In this document: positions 28,889 through 38,694 of the stretch, in pieces
Layout: the number at the start of each line of letters is the position of its first letter
Position numbering within the stretch: position 1 is the first letter of the stretch
From: Fimbriimonadia bacterium
GTDB lineage: Bacteria > Armatimonadota > Fimbriimonadia > Fimbriimonadales > JABRVX01
Direction of reading: 5' to 3'
Assembly: GCA_041483895.1 (NCBI GenBank)
Contig: JBGPGO010000010.1
Span: 1 to 64,000, forward strand
Length of the DNA stretch: 64,000 nucleotides
Notes under the pieces: generated by a model
What the model was told of the DNA's origin: nothing
The model's input: the letters and a program-made list of their open reading frames with translations, nothing else
The model's database searches: none
Program-made: the position numbers and the translations under genes

Positions 28889-29108
28889 CCCCGACCTCGA
28901 TCTGAATGAAAAACACCTCTGAAGCCAAGCGTGAAGCGATTTCCGCCGGATCCGCGGACTCGTAGAAAAGCTCTATTGCTTCAACGAGATTGCTGCGCGC
29001 CTCCTCCACGGTCTCCCCCTGGCTCGCGATGTCCAATTCTGGACACAGCGACACATAGCCGGTTCCTTCCCGTTCGATGATGGCGGTTAGTTGACGCTTC
29101 TGTTTCAT
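28881..29108 (-). CDS. hicB: short HicB-family antitoxin (no DNA-binding domain)
   Basis: LTAIIEREGTGYVSLCPELDIASQGETVEEARSNLVEAIELF. Confidence 0.88.
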   Translation of the reverse strand: MKQKRQLTAIIEREGTGYVSLCPELDIASQGETVEEARSNLVEAIELFYESADPAEIASRLASEVFFIQIEVGVG

Positions 29109-29158
29109 GCTGGAAAGCATTGTACACCTTCTGCCAGTTACTCCTGAGCAGGATTCTC

Positions 29159-29659
29159 TTATCCCTTCACAGTCGCGCTGTGAAGGGATAGAAGCTGGGA
29201 CTGCAAATGGCATAGCGCCAGCGCCAGCGCGTCGGCGGCGTCGTCGGGTTTTGGAGTTTCCGTCAATCGCAGAAGCTGCCGCACCATGTACTGCACCTGC
29301 ACCTTTTCCGCCCGGCCCTCGCCCGTCACGCTCAACTTCACCTGCGGCGGGGAATACTCCGTCACCGGGCAGCCGCATTCGGAGAGGGCAAGCAGGATCA
29401 CCCCCGATGCCCGCGCCACATCCATGACGGTCTTTTGATTATTGGAAAACAGCAGCCGCTCTATGGCGGCGGCATCCGGCTGATGTTCCGACACCAAGCG
29501 CTTGACTTCGGTTCGCAGCGTCTGCAATCGCAGGCCCAGATCGATGCCTGCCGGCGTGCGGATGGTCCCGTATTCGACCAAAGAAACGCGACTGCCCTCC
29601 TTGCGCACCACTCCAAATCCCGTCGTCGCGACCCCCGGATCGATGCCGATGACCGTCAT
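29159..29659 (-). CDS. ruvC: Holliday junction resolvase
   Basis: IGIDPG, AIERLLF, VTGEGRAEKVQVQ, PDDAADALALALCH. Confidence 0.95.
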   Translation of the reverse strand: MTVIGIDPGVATTGFGVVRKEGSRVSLVEYGTIRTPAGIDLGLRLQTLRTEVKRLVSEHQPDAAAIERLLFSNNQKTVMDVARASGVILLALSECGCPVTEYSPPQVKLSVTGEGRAEKVQVQYMVRQLLRLTETPKPDDAADALALALCHLQSQLLSLHSATVKG

Positions 29660-31395
29660 ATCCGCTTGAACTTTCGCAGCAATTCGTCTGTTCCAAGGGT
29701 GATCGTAATCGGCCTGCCATGGGGGCACAGATACGGGTTCTCCGTATCCGCCAGATCGTGCAAAAGCTTTAGCATCTCGGCGTGAGAGAGTGGGTCGCCG
29801 GCCTTCACAGCCATCTTGCAGGACGTCGTAATCCAGACCGCCTCGCGCGGCGAACTGTTGGCGCGCGACGGCAATCCCTCCGCCAATTCATCAATCACAT
29901 CTTGCAACACTCTTCGATAGTCCTTGCCGCTCAGCACCGCCGGAACCGAGCGCAGCAGAAACGCCCCGTTCCCAAACGCCTCCAGCTCGAAGCCGACACC
30001 GTGAATATCCTCCAACCGATCCGCAACCACAAGTGTCGCCCGCTGGTCCAGGTTGATGGTTTCCGGCGACAGCAGATTCTGCCGCTCCACCGCCGCCTTT
30101 CCCTTGATGCCGCACAGCCGCTCGTAGATCACCCGCTCGTGCGCGACATGTTGATCGATAATCGCGATCCCGGACCGGGTTTCGGCGATGATAAACGTAT
30201 TCATCGCCTGGCCGATCACGCGCAGACCATCTAACAAATGAGAGAAAGGAAATCGGGATCGTTCCATCGGCAAATCTTCAAATGTGGTCTGCGGCGCCAT
30301 CGCCGCAACCGCCTCCACAACCGCAGTCCCCCGCGGCTGCGTCGGATAAGGAACAAACGAGCGCGTCGGTTGGTATCCCGATGTGAACGCCTCCGGCATC
30401 ATCCCCTCGCGCAGTAGCGCATGCTTCACCGCCGACCGCACCGCCTCGAACACCGCGCCCTCCTTCTGGAACTTCACCTCGGTCTTGTTGGGATGCACGT
30501 TGCAGTCCACCAGCGCCGGATCCACCTCCAGCCCCAGCACCGCGATGGGAAACCGCCGCTCGGGGGTCAGGGAGCGGAACGCCTCGTTGAGCGCCGCGCC
30601 GATGGTGTTGGAGCGCACGGGCCGCCGGTTGACGAAAAAGTGCTGGTAGGCGCGGCTGTGACGGGTGATGTGCGGCGGCGAGATGTAGCCGGTCACCAGT
30701 ATCTCGTTTTTCTCCTGCTCCACCGGCACCAACGCCTCCGCGACATCCCGGCCCCATACGGCGGAGATTCCTTTTAACATGCCCACGCCGCCGGGGCTGC
30801 GCAATAGGTCTTGCCCATCATGACGGAGGAGGAATGTGGTTTGGGGGAAGATGATCGCGTAGCGGGCGATCAGTTCCACGATTTGGGACAGCTCGGTGGT
30901 ATCGGACTTGAGGAATTTGAGGCGGGCGGGAGTGTTGTAAAACAGGTCTTCGACATCGATTGTCGTCCCGACCGGGGTGGCTGTGGGTTTTGGCGGATGC
31001 CGGTCCCCGCCGTCCACCACAATCTTCACGCCGGCCTCTTCTTCCGCGTTGCGGGTCACGAGGGTCATGCGCGCGACGGACGCGATGCTGGGGATGGCCT
31101 CTCCGCGAAAGCCGAGCGTCTGGATGGAAAGGAGTCCGTCGGCGTCGGTCAGCTTGCTGGTGGCGTGCCGCTCGAAGGCCAAGATCGCCTCCTCCTCGCT
31201 CATGCCGTAGCCGTCATCGCTCACTCTTATGAGGCGCTTGCCGACCTCTTCCAACTCAACCGTTACGCTCGTTGCGCCGGCGTCCAGGCTGTTTTCCACC
31301 AGCTCCTTGACCACCGACGCGGGTCGCTCGACTACCTCACCGGCCGCGATTCGGTTGATGGTGTTTGGGTCGAGGAGCCGTATCCGACAGGCCAT
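29656..31395 (-). CDS. mutL: DNA mismatch repair endonuclease
   Basis: IAAGEVVERPASVVKELVENSLDAGA, GFRGEAI, DQHVAHERVIYE, CPHGRP. Confidence 0.97.
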   Translation of the reverse strand: MACRIRLLDPNTINRIAAGEVVERPASVVKELVENSLDAGATSVTVELEEVGKRLIRVSDDGYGMSEEEAILAFERHATSKLTDADGLLSIQTLGFRGEAIPSIASVARMTLVTRNAEEEAGVKIVVDGGDRHPPKPTATPVGTTIDVEDLFYNTPARLKFLKSDTTELSQIVELIARYAIIFPQTTFLLRHDGQDLLRSPGGVGMLKGISAVWGRDVAEALVPVEQEKNEILVTGYISPPHITRHSRAYQHFFVNRRPVRSNTIGAALNEAFRSLTPERRFPIAVLGLEVDPALVDCNVHPNKTEVKFQKEGAVFEAVRSAVKHALLREGMMPEAFTSGYQPTRSFVPYPTQPRGTAVVEAVAAMAPQTTFEDLPMERSRFPFSHLLDGLRVIGQAMNTFIIAETRSGIAIIDQHVAHERVIYERLCGIKGKAAVERQNLLSPETINLDQRATLVVADRLEDIHGVGFELEAFGNGAFLLRSVPAVLSGKDYRRVLQDVIDELAEGLPSRANSSPREAVWITTSCKMAVKAGDPLSHAEMLKLLHDLADTENPYLCPHGRPITITLGTDELLRKFKRI

Positions 31396-31426
31396 TCTTG
31401 GAGTGTACCAGCGGCAGAAAAAGAAG

Positions 31427-31480
31427 CCCTCCCCCTTTTCCAGGCGGCCGCCTGGAAAAGGGGGAGGGTTAGGGTGGGGG
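31427..31480. repeat. palindromic repeat, family C
   Basis: ccctcccccttttccaggcg/cgcctggaaaagggggaggg plus ttagggtggggg; recurs at 46696-46815. Confidence 0.75.
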
Positions 31481-31508
31481 TTTTCCGCGTTCGTCCACCG
31501 ACCGCGCT

Positions 31509-31713
31509 GTAGCCGTGGGTCCGATTGCTGATACGCCACCAAATACCATCCACCCCAAACCCACGGAATCCGATTGGCAGTGGGCGCGGGCCAATTTGCC
31601 GATGCCTCTCGCCCGAAGACCACGAAGGCCCGCGTAACGCCCGCCGACCACCCCTGTGGCCGTGGGTCCGAATGCCGATATCGAGCCTACGTTGGGCCAC
31701 CCCACGCCCACGG
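31509..31713 (+). repeat. tandem long-loop GT(A/G)G REP-like units, family D
   Basis: gtagccgtggg...cccacgg (31509-31566), gtgggcgcgggcc...ggcccgcg (31580-31634), gtggccgtggg...cccacgg (31656-31713). Confidence 0.6.
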
Positions 31714-31782
31714 AATCCAACCACTTCCCGACACGAGGATCGCTTACAAAAGTTGCAATTCCCTGTCATTCACACGCACAAA

Positions 31783-31957
31783 TACTTGTTTTTTGGCGAA
31801 ATTCCTAAAGTTGATTCTTAGGCACGCCGAGTAAACAAGTACACAGGTCGCTCAAGAGCTCATCAGCGCCGCCGGATCCCGGTCACGACGACAAGATTTC
31901 CAGTGGGCGAGGGTGGGCAAGGGAAGCCGGATGAGTATCCCCGCTCATCCGGTTTTT
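31783..31957 (+). ncRNA. candidate structured non-coding RNA ending in an intrinsic terminator
   Basis: Long stem tacttgttttttggcg/cgccgagtaaacaagta with G-U pairs; terminator gccggatgag/ctcatccggt + T run; no credible + strand CDS upstream. Confidence 0.35.
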
Positions 31958-32124
31958 CATTTAAGGACAAAGGGCCCTTCTCCCTTCACAATCCCCATTG
32001 TGAAGGACCTTCTCTTATGCCACGTCCACCATGGCAACGCGCTGATTCTCTTGTTGGAAAAAGGAAGGAATCCCAATGCGAACTTGCGGCTGCTTCGGCT
32101 GGCTCCCCGCTCGCTGCAAAAGAC

Positions 32125-32781
32125 TCAATCTGCTCGCCAGTGAACAAAGTTGCTGAAAAACGTCTCGTGATGTACTGAACTATTTCGTTGTACGACCGCC
32201 GCCACAACCATGAGTGCGCATATCAGAACGATCAGCCATCCGACAGCCTTGTACATTCCGCTGCACCTGATTGCAAGAAAGAGCGCGCAACCCAATGCTC
32301 CAAGGTAAAGGGCAAATCCGATGCAGGATATCAACCACAATGCAGCCTTCACCGCAGCGACCTCAGCCCAATTCTCTGATCGCTTCGCCCTGATATCGTT
32401 CCCTCTATCCATGTCATTCAGAAACTGCGGAACTTCATCATAGGCATGCGGGCTGAAACTTAGAACTGTTACGCCAACCGGTCCTTGTGACAAGTAAACC
32501 GAACCCATAAGGGTGGCTATCGCAATGACAACGATCAGGAGCGGGGACCGTGGACGCTTGTCAGCGTAGGCTCGGCTTGGATCCAAACTAGGCGTCTCAA
32601 TTCTTTGAGAATCCGATCGCCGGTACCAGTCAACAATCGGCGAACCATTCTGGTCCACGATCACATCTGTGGGTCGCAGAAATCCGCTGCGGCGCAACTC
32701 GATTACCCGGTCCCATGTGATCGGCCCGATTTTCTCGTGCCCCGCCCGTACGATCCAAAATGACTTGTTCTCCATCGACAT
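32125..32781 (-). CDS. GYF_2 (DUF4339)-like domain membrane protein
   Basis: FWIVRAGHEKIGPITWDRVIELRRSGFLRPTDVI then 3 TM segments. Confidence 0.7.
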   Translation of the reverse strand: MSMENKSFWIVRAGHEKIGPITWDRVIELRRSGFLRPTDVIVDQNGSPIVDWYRRSDSQRIETPSLDPSRAYADKRPRSPLLIVVIAIATLMGSVYLSQGPVGVTVLSFSPHAYDEVPQFLNDMDRGNDIRAKRSENWAEVAAVKAALWLISCIGFALYLGALGCALFLAIRCSGMYKAVGWLIVLICALMVVAAVVQRNSSVHHETFFSNFVHWRAD

Positions 32782-32814
32782 TTCTCTTTCCCCAGAGCTG
32801 GCTGGAAGCCAGCG

Positions 32815-33968
32815 TTAAGCGTTTTGCAGCGCGGCGACGCCGGGGAGGGTTTTGCCTTCAAAGAATTCTAGGGATGCGCCGCCGCCGGTGCTGACGTGGG
32901 TCACTATGTCGGCGAAGCCGAACTGTTCGATAGCTGCCGCAGAATCGCCGCCGCCGACGATGGTGGTGCCGGGGCAGGCCGCCATCGATTCGCATAGAGA
33001 ACGGGTGCCGGCGGCGTAGGCGGCATTCTCGAACACACCCATCGGGCCGTTCCACACCACGGTCCCGGCGGCCCGGATGTGAGTGCCGAAGATGGACGCC
33101 GATTGCGGACCGATGTCGCCGCCAATTTGGTCCGCGGGCATCTTGTCGCTATCGTACGTGGTGGTCGCGACGCCGAGATCGAGAGACGGGCCGCAGACGA
33201 TGTCGCACGGCAGCACAATCTTATCCGTCCGCGCCAAAACGTCGGCGGCAAACGAAACATGCTCCGCGTCCAACAACGATTTTCCGATCTCATGTCCCTG
33301 CGCCTTGAGAAACGTGAACGCCATCCCGCCGCCGATCAGCAGCCGATCTACTTTTGGCAAGAGGTTCTCGATGACCGCGATCTTGTCCGCCACCTTCGCC
33401 CCGCCCAAAATCGCCACAAACGGCCGCTTGGGATTCGTCAAAGCGTCACCAAGAAACTTGAGCTCCTTTTCCATCAGCAACCCAGCCACCCCGGGCAAAA
33501 TGTGCGCGACCCCCTCCGTGCTGGCATGCGCGCGATGCGCCGACCCAAACGCGTCGTTTACATACAGATCGCCGAGTCGCGCCAATTGTGCGGCAAACGC
33601 CGGGTCGTTCGCCTCTTCTTCTTTATGGAAACGCAAATTCTCCAACATCAAAATGCTTGATTCGGCAGCGAGAGTCTCCACTGCAGGTCCAACGCAGTCC
33701 GGCGCGAGCGGCACGGGAACACCCAACAGCTGCGATAAACGCGCGGCAACGGGAGCGAGAGAAAACGTGGGATCGGGGGCGCCTTTCGGCCTGCCCAAAT
33801 GAGACATCAGCACAACCGACGCCCCGCCAGAGAGCAATAGCTTAATAGTAGGTATCGCTTCGCGGATGCGTCTATCATCTGTTATCACGCCGTCTTTGAG
33901 CGGCACATTGAAATCCACACGCACCAACACACGCTTACCGGTAACCGAAACATCGCGAACCGTCTTTT

Positions 33969-33972
<4 letters not shown>
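32815..33972 (-). CDS. pgk: phosphoglycerate kinase
   Basis: [47 protein letters not shown]. Confidence 0.98.
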
Positions 33973-34982
<1,010 letters not shown>

Positions 34983-35538
34983 TCCGCCTCCCGATTTCAA
35001 GTCGATCTGAACGCCCGGATTCTACCTCGCGAGCCCCGTTGCCCTTCGGTCATAGAGCCGGAACATTTGCCGGCGTCAAGCAATAATACTATGTTTTTAA
35101 GTTAACCAATGGCCATTGCAGGAAACCCTTTCGGAGGAACGAACTCTCTCTATGTCCTACAGCATTGCCGTGCGAGGCAGGTCGGAACAGGGATTGGTGA
35201 CCGCAGGCACATCGAAACGGCGCAGGCTGGGTACCTCGATTCGCTGCCGTCCCCACTCAACCGTGTTCGCTTAGCTTAATTTTTTGTTGGGGAGAGGTGA
35301 AGGTGTGGGCGGCTTGATTCGATATTCCTGGACTGTATGTTCCAGGCGCGATCATCGCTGGGTTGATGACGCGTTCCCACTCCCACGCAGATCCCCGCGA
35401 CATATTCATAACGGAAGCGATGGCGGATTTCACCACCGATGGCCATTTGTGCGGCAAAGGACAGATTCAGCGCTACCCGTCTTATGGACGGGTTCCGCTA
35501 GAGAAATCAGAAAACATATCAAGAAAGGTGACCAGCAA

Positions 35539-38500
35539 ATGAAACGCATCATGTTAAGCGGCATTCTCTTGGCCGTCTGTGTTGCGGCGCCCGCCGCAAC
35601 AATCACCGTGCCAGGAGACTGGCCCGATGTGCAGGCAGCTGTTATTGCGGCCAACGGGAACGGCGATCCGAGCAATACAATCGTCGTTGCGGCTGGGACT
35701 TGGCCCGCAACATACCAAGTCCACAGCACGAAAAACCTAACAATCATCGGAGCCGGTGCGGCGCTCACGACGATTGTGCCGACCGCAGACACGGGCTCGA
35801 GCGGCGACGCTCGCGGTTGGTTCCTCGCGGACGCCGGGACTTCGCTGACGATATTGAACCTTACGCTGGATGGTTTGGCCGGCACATACCGCGTCAACAT
35901 CGCGGTTCTCTCCTACGCCAACACCCTCGTACGTGGATGCGTGATTAAGAACATCCACACCCTCTACGTCGCCACCCATGATTACGCGGGCCGGGGCGTG
36001 CAAGTCCGGGACAACAATGGAATCATAAACGACTGCACGTTCATGAACATTGGTCGGATCAGCACCTATGTATTTGGCGAGAACGCCACCGTGCTGATAA
36101 CCGGCAACACATTTCTCTGCAAGGGTCAGGGCGACTGGTTGGACTACGCGGTGGAGGTCGAAGGCGATGCCAACGTAAAAGTCAGTCATAACAAAATCTC
36201 GAACTGCCTCGGCGTCGCGGTTTCCGACGGTTCCACGTCGGCGGGCATCCTGGCGACGACCTTCTTTGATGACGTCGGACCCAATGTCACAACCATTGCC
36301 GCGGAGTACAACACGTTCTCCTGCAACTCATATGGAGTCGTTGCTGGATATCCCGGCGGCGACGCCACCATCGCGTCGGTCCATTACAACAACTTCGTAG
36401 GCGGTCAGTACGATGCCGTTTATGCGGATCCGTTGATACCGATGGTCAATGCGGAGAATAATTGGTACGGAGCGGCGGATGGCCCCGGGCCTGTCGGGTC
36501 CGGCAGTGGGGACGGCGTCAGTTTGAACGTCGATTTCACCCCCTGGCAGGTCGCTTCCGTCTCCGAGTGCGGCCTTCAGGTTGACCTCAACGGCACGTAT
36601 ATGATGCCCCACAAGGACTTCGCCGAAGCTGCCACGTCAGTCCCGCTGGTGGCGGAAACAAGCAATGCGGTGTCCGCGGTCGATGCCACGTTCACGCCGT
36701 TTTCGAACGTCGTCAAGCCACCGCGGCTTCTCGCCGCGTCTCTTCTCGGGCGCTCATACGAGTGTGACATTGATCTCAGTGGGAACTGGTTCCCGCTGGA
36801 CAGCGCCAGCATCGGCGCGACCGTCGGAGTAGGAATAACCGGTTCGTACGTGTCGATCAAGAAGAGCGGTGGGAATTTCAATTTCACCCTCCGCAGCACG
36901 GACGGTTCTCTTTCTACGGCGACGTATAGCGACACGACGGGCGCCACGCGCTGGCGTGTTGAAGTGGACGTGGATGGGTCGGGCGCCTCCTCGGCATCCG
37001 TCATACCATTGAATGGCAGCGCGCCTTGGTCGATGAATTCCCTCGGCGGCATCGCCACCACTGTCACTGGTTCGGCATCCTTCTTCGTGACGATGTCTGG
37101 CAACGGCGACGCATCAGCGAAGTCGACTGCCAAGATGAAGGTCTCCGACTTCCTGACCTCGGCGGAGGACAACGTCATGTCGCTCTTCGCCGATGATCCG
37201 TACGTGAAAACGACCGAATCGATCCAGTATCGCTTCGGAATGGCGAACCTATTGCAGAACGTGTTCGGGTTCCAAGCGTTCTTAGATAACCCTTCATTCG
37301 CCGTTCAGGGGGCCCTGGACTCGAGGTCATATAGCTCATCGCCATTCCCTTCCCACATACTTCCGCCCGGGCTGGACATCGATGGCAACGTCGGATTCGG
37401 TATGCCGGCGTTCCTGCTGAGCGGAACACTGACTCATCTCAACTTCAATTCACCGGCAGTTGCCGTTGAAGGATCGGCGAAGCTCACGATCGATGTGGAC
37501 AGTGGCTCTCCATCGTTTGCCCCAACTCGATTCTCGGATGAGTTCGGCGGCAACGTCACACCTACCCGCGAGGCATCAAACACGGTTGTCGTGGACTCCA
37601 CGCTTCCCGTCCTTAGCGGTTTGACGGCGACGGAGGGCGTCACCAATGTTCTAAATGGCGTCAACCCGACGATTCAGGGCACCGTTCACATCTGTGTCAA
37701 CGCTGAGGACCTCGGGGTTGCTCCATCCGGTCTGGCCTGCCAGCCCACGATCAGCATCAACTTCCCGAGCGGTCCGGACGTGCTGAATCAGCCGATGTAT
37801 GCTGATACGGGCAACACCTTCTGCTACGACGCGACGGTCACCGCGGCCTCCGGTTGCGGGACGGCGACCATCACGATCGATGTCTCCGATGACGCGGGCA
37901 ACGCCGCCGCTCCGGCAGCCGGAACCCTCAACCTGAACACTACGCAGGTCGCGGTCACGGTTGAACTCTTCACCTTGACGACCTCCATGACTCGTGGAAT
38001 CCAGTTCGTGCTTGGTGGCACGCTTCTCTCAGGAAATTCACCCGTCACCATCAACAAGGATGTCGTGTTTACGAGTGGCACGGGCACCGTGACGCTGACG
38101 GCCCTCGACGTCCCAATTCCGTGCGGCGCCGCGTTTACGCGCATCAGCGCGAAAGACGTCAAGCACACGCTTCGCCAGAACATCGCTCTGGCAGGAGGCC
38201 CGAGCTTCACCGCTTCGTTCACCGGCTCGGATTCGCTCCTAGGTGGTGACGCGAACGGTGACAACCTAATCGACATTCTCGACTTTGGTGTCTTCGCATC
38301 GCAGTTCGGCTTCGTGCTCGGCGCGAATACACTAGTCGGGTACGTGGGCAACCATGCCGACTTCAGTGGGAACGGAACCGTGTTTACCGAGGACTACACG
38401 TTCATCGCGACGCAGTTCCTAGCCACCGGTGATTTGCCGCCGGACTTCTACGGTCCGCAGGGCACACCGAAGACGACCGCGACGATCGCGGAGCTGGTGA

Positions 38501-38625
38501 AAGCCGGCGTTCCGCTCCTCATGGCTCGGATGATGGACGCCAACCATGACGGCATTGTCACGATGCAGGAGATCTCCAACTTCATCGCCAACGGCGGAGC
38601 CAGCCGAAACGCGATTGGCAAATGA
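35539..38625 (+). CDS. large secreted protein: right-handed beta-helix head, cohesin-like and Ig-like domains, dockerin-like and EF-hand tail
   Basis: Signal peptide MKRIMLSGILLAVCVAAPAA; ITVPGDWPDVQAAV and AENNWYG beta-helix hallmarks; GDANGDNLIDILDFG...DFSGNGTVFTEDY; DANHDGIVTMQE. Confidence 0.8.
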   Translation: MKRIMLSGILLAVCVAAPAATITVPGDWPDVQAAVIAANGNGDPSNTIVVAAGTWPATYQVHSTKNLTIIGAGAALTTIVPTADTGSSGDARGWFLADAGTSLTILNLTLDGLAGTYRVNIAVLSYANTLVRGCVIKNIHTLYVATHDYAGRGVQVRDNNGIINDCTFMNIGRISTYVFGENATVLITGNTFLCKGQGDWLDYAVEVEGDANVKVSHNKISNCLGVAVSDGSTSAGILATTFFDDVGPNVTTIAAEYNTFSCNSYGVVAGYPGGDATIASVHYNNFVGGQYDAVYADPLIPMVNAENNWYGAADGPGPVGSGSGDGVSLNVDFTPWQVASVSECGLQVDLNGTYMMPHKDFAEAATSVPLVAETSNAVSAVDATFTPFSNVVKPPRLLAASLLGRSYECDIDLSGNWFPLDSASIGATVGVGITGSYVSIKKSGGNFNFTLRSTDGSLSTATYSDTTGATRWRVEVDVDGSGASSASVIPLNGSAPWSMNSLGGIATTVTGSASFFVTMSGNGDASAKSTAKMKVSDFLTSAEDNVMSLFADDPYVKTTESIQYRFGMANLLQNVFGFQAFLDNPSFAVQGALDSRSYSSSPFPSHILPPGLDIDGNVGFGMPAFLLSGTLTHLNFNSPAVAVEGSAKLTIDVDSGSPSFAPTRFSDEFGGNVTPTREASNTVVVDSTLPVLSGLTATEGVTNVLNGVNPTIQGTVHICVNAEDLGVAPSGLACQPTISINFPSGPDVLNQPMYADTGNTFCYDATVTAASGCGTATITIDVSDDAGNAAAPAAGTLNLNTTQVAVTVELFTLTTSMTRGIQFVLGGTLLSGNSPVTINKDVVFTSGTGTVTLTALDVPIPCGAAFTRISAKDVKHTLRQNIALAGGPSFTASFTGSDSLLGGDANGDNLIDILDFGVFASQFGFVLGANTLVGYVGNHADFSGNGTVFTEDYTFIATQFLATGDLPPDFYGPQGTPKTTATIAELVKAGVPLLMARMMDANHDGIVTMQEISNFIANGGASRNAIGK

Positions 38626-38635
38626 GATCACCCAA

Positions 38636-38662
38636 AGGCGGCGGGCACTCCGCCCGCCGCCT
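38636..38662 (+). terminator. GC-rich hairpin after the first cassette gene
   Basis: aggcggcgggc-actcc-gcccgccgcct. Confidence 0.55.
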
Positions 38663-38694
38663 AAGGGATAAATTCTAAGGGAGGTAACAGCACA

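Noticed and set aside
31396..31623. 76-aa N-terminal extension of MutL
   Set aside because: It is translated repeat DNA (families C and D); a -10 box sits just before ATG 31395.
35284..35538. 85-aa N-terminal extension of the first cassette protein
   Set aside because: A clear signal peptide and an AAGGTG RBS start at ATG 35539.
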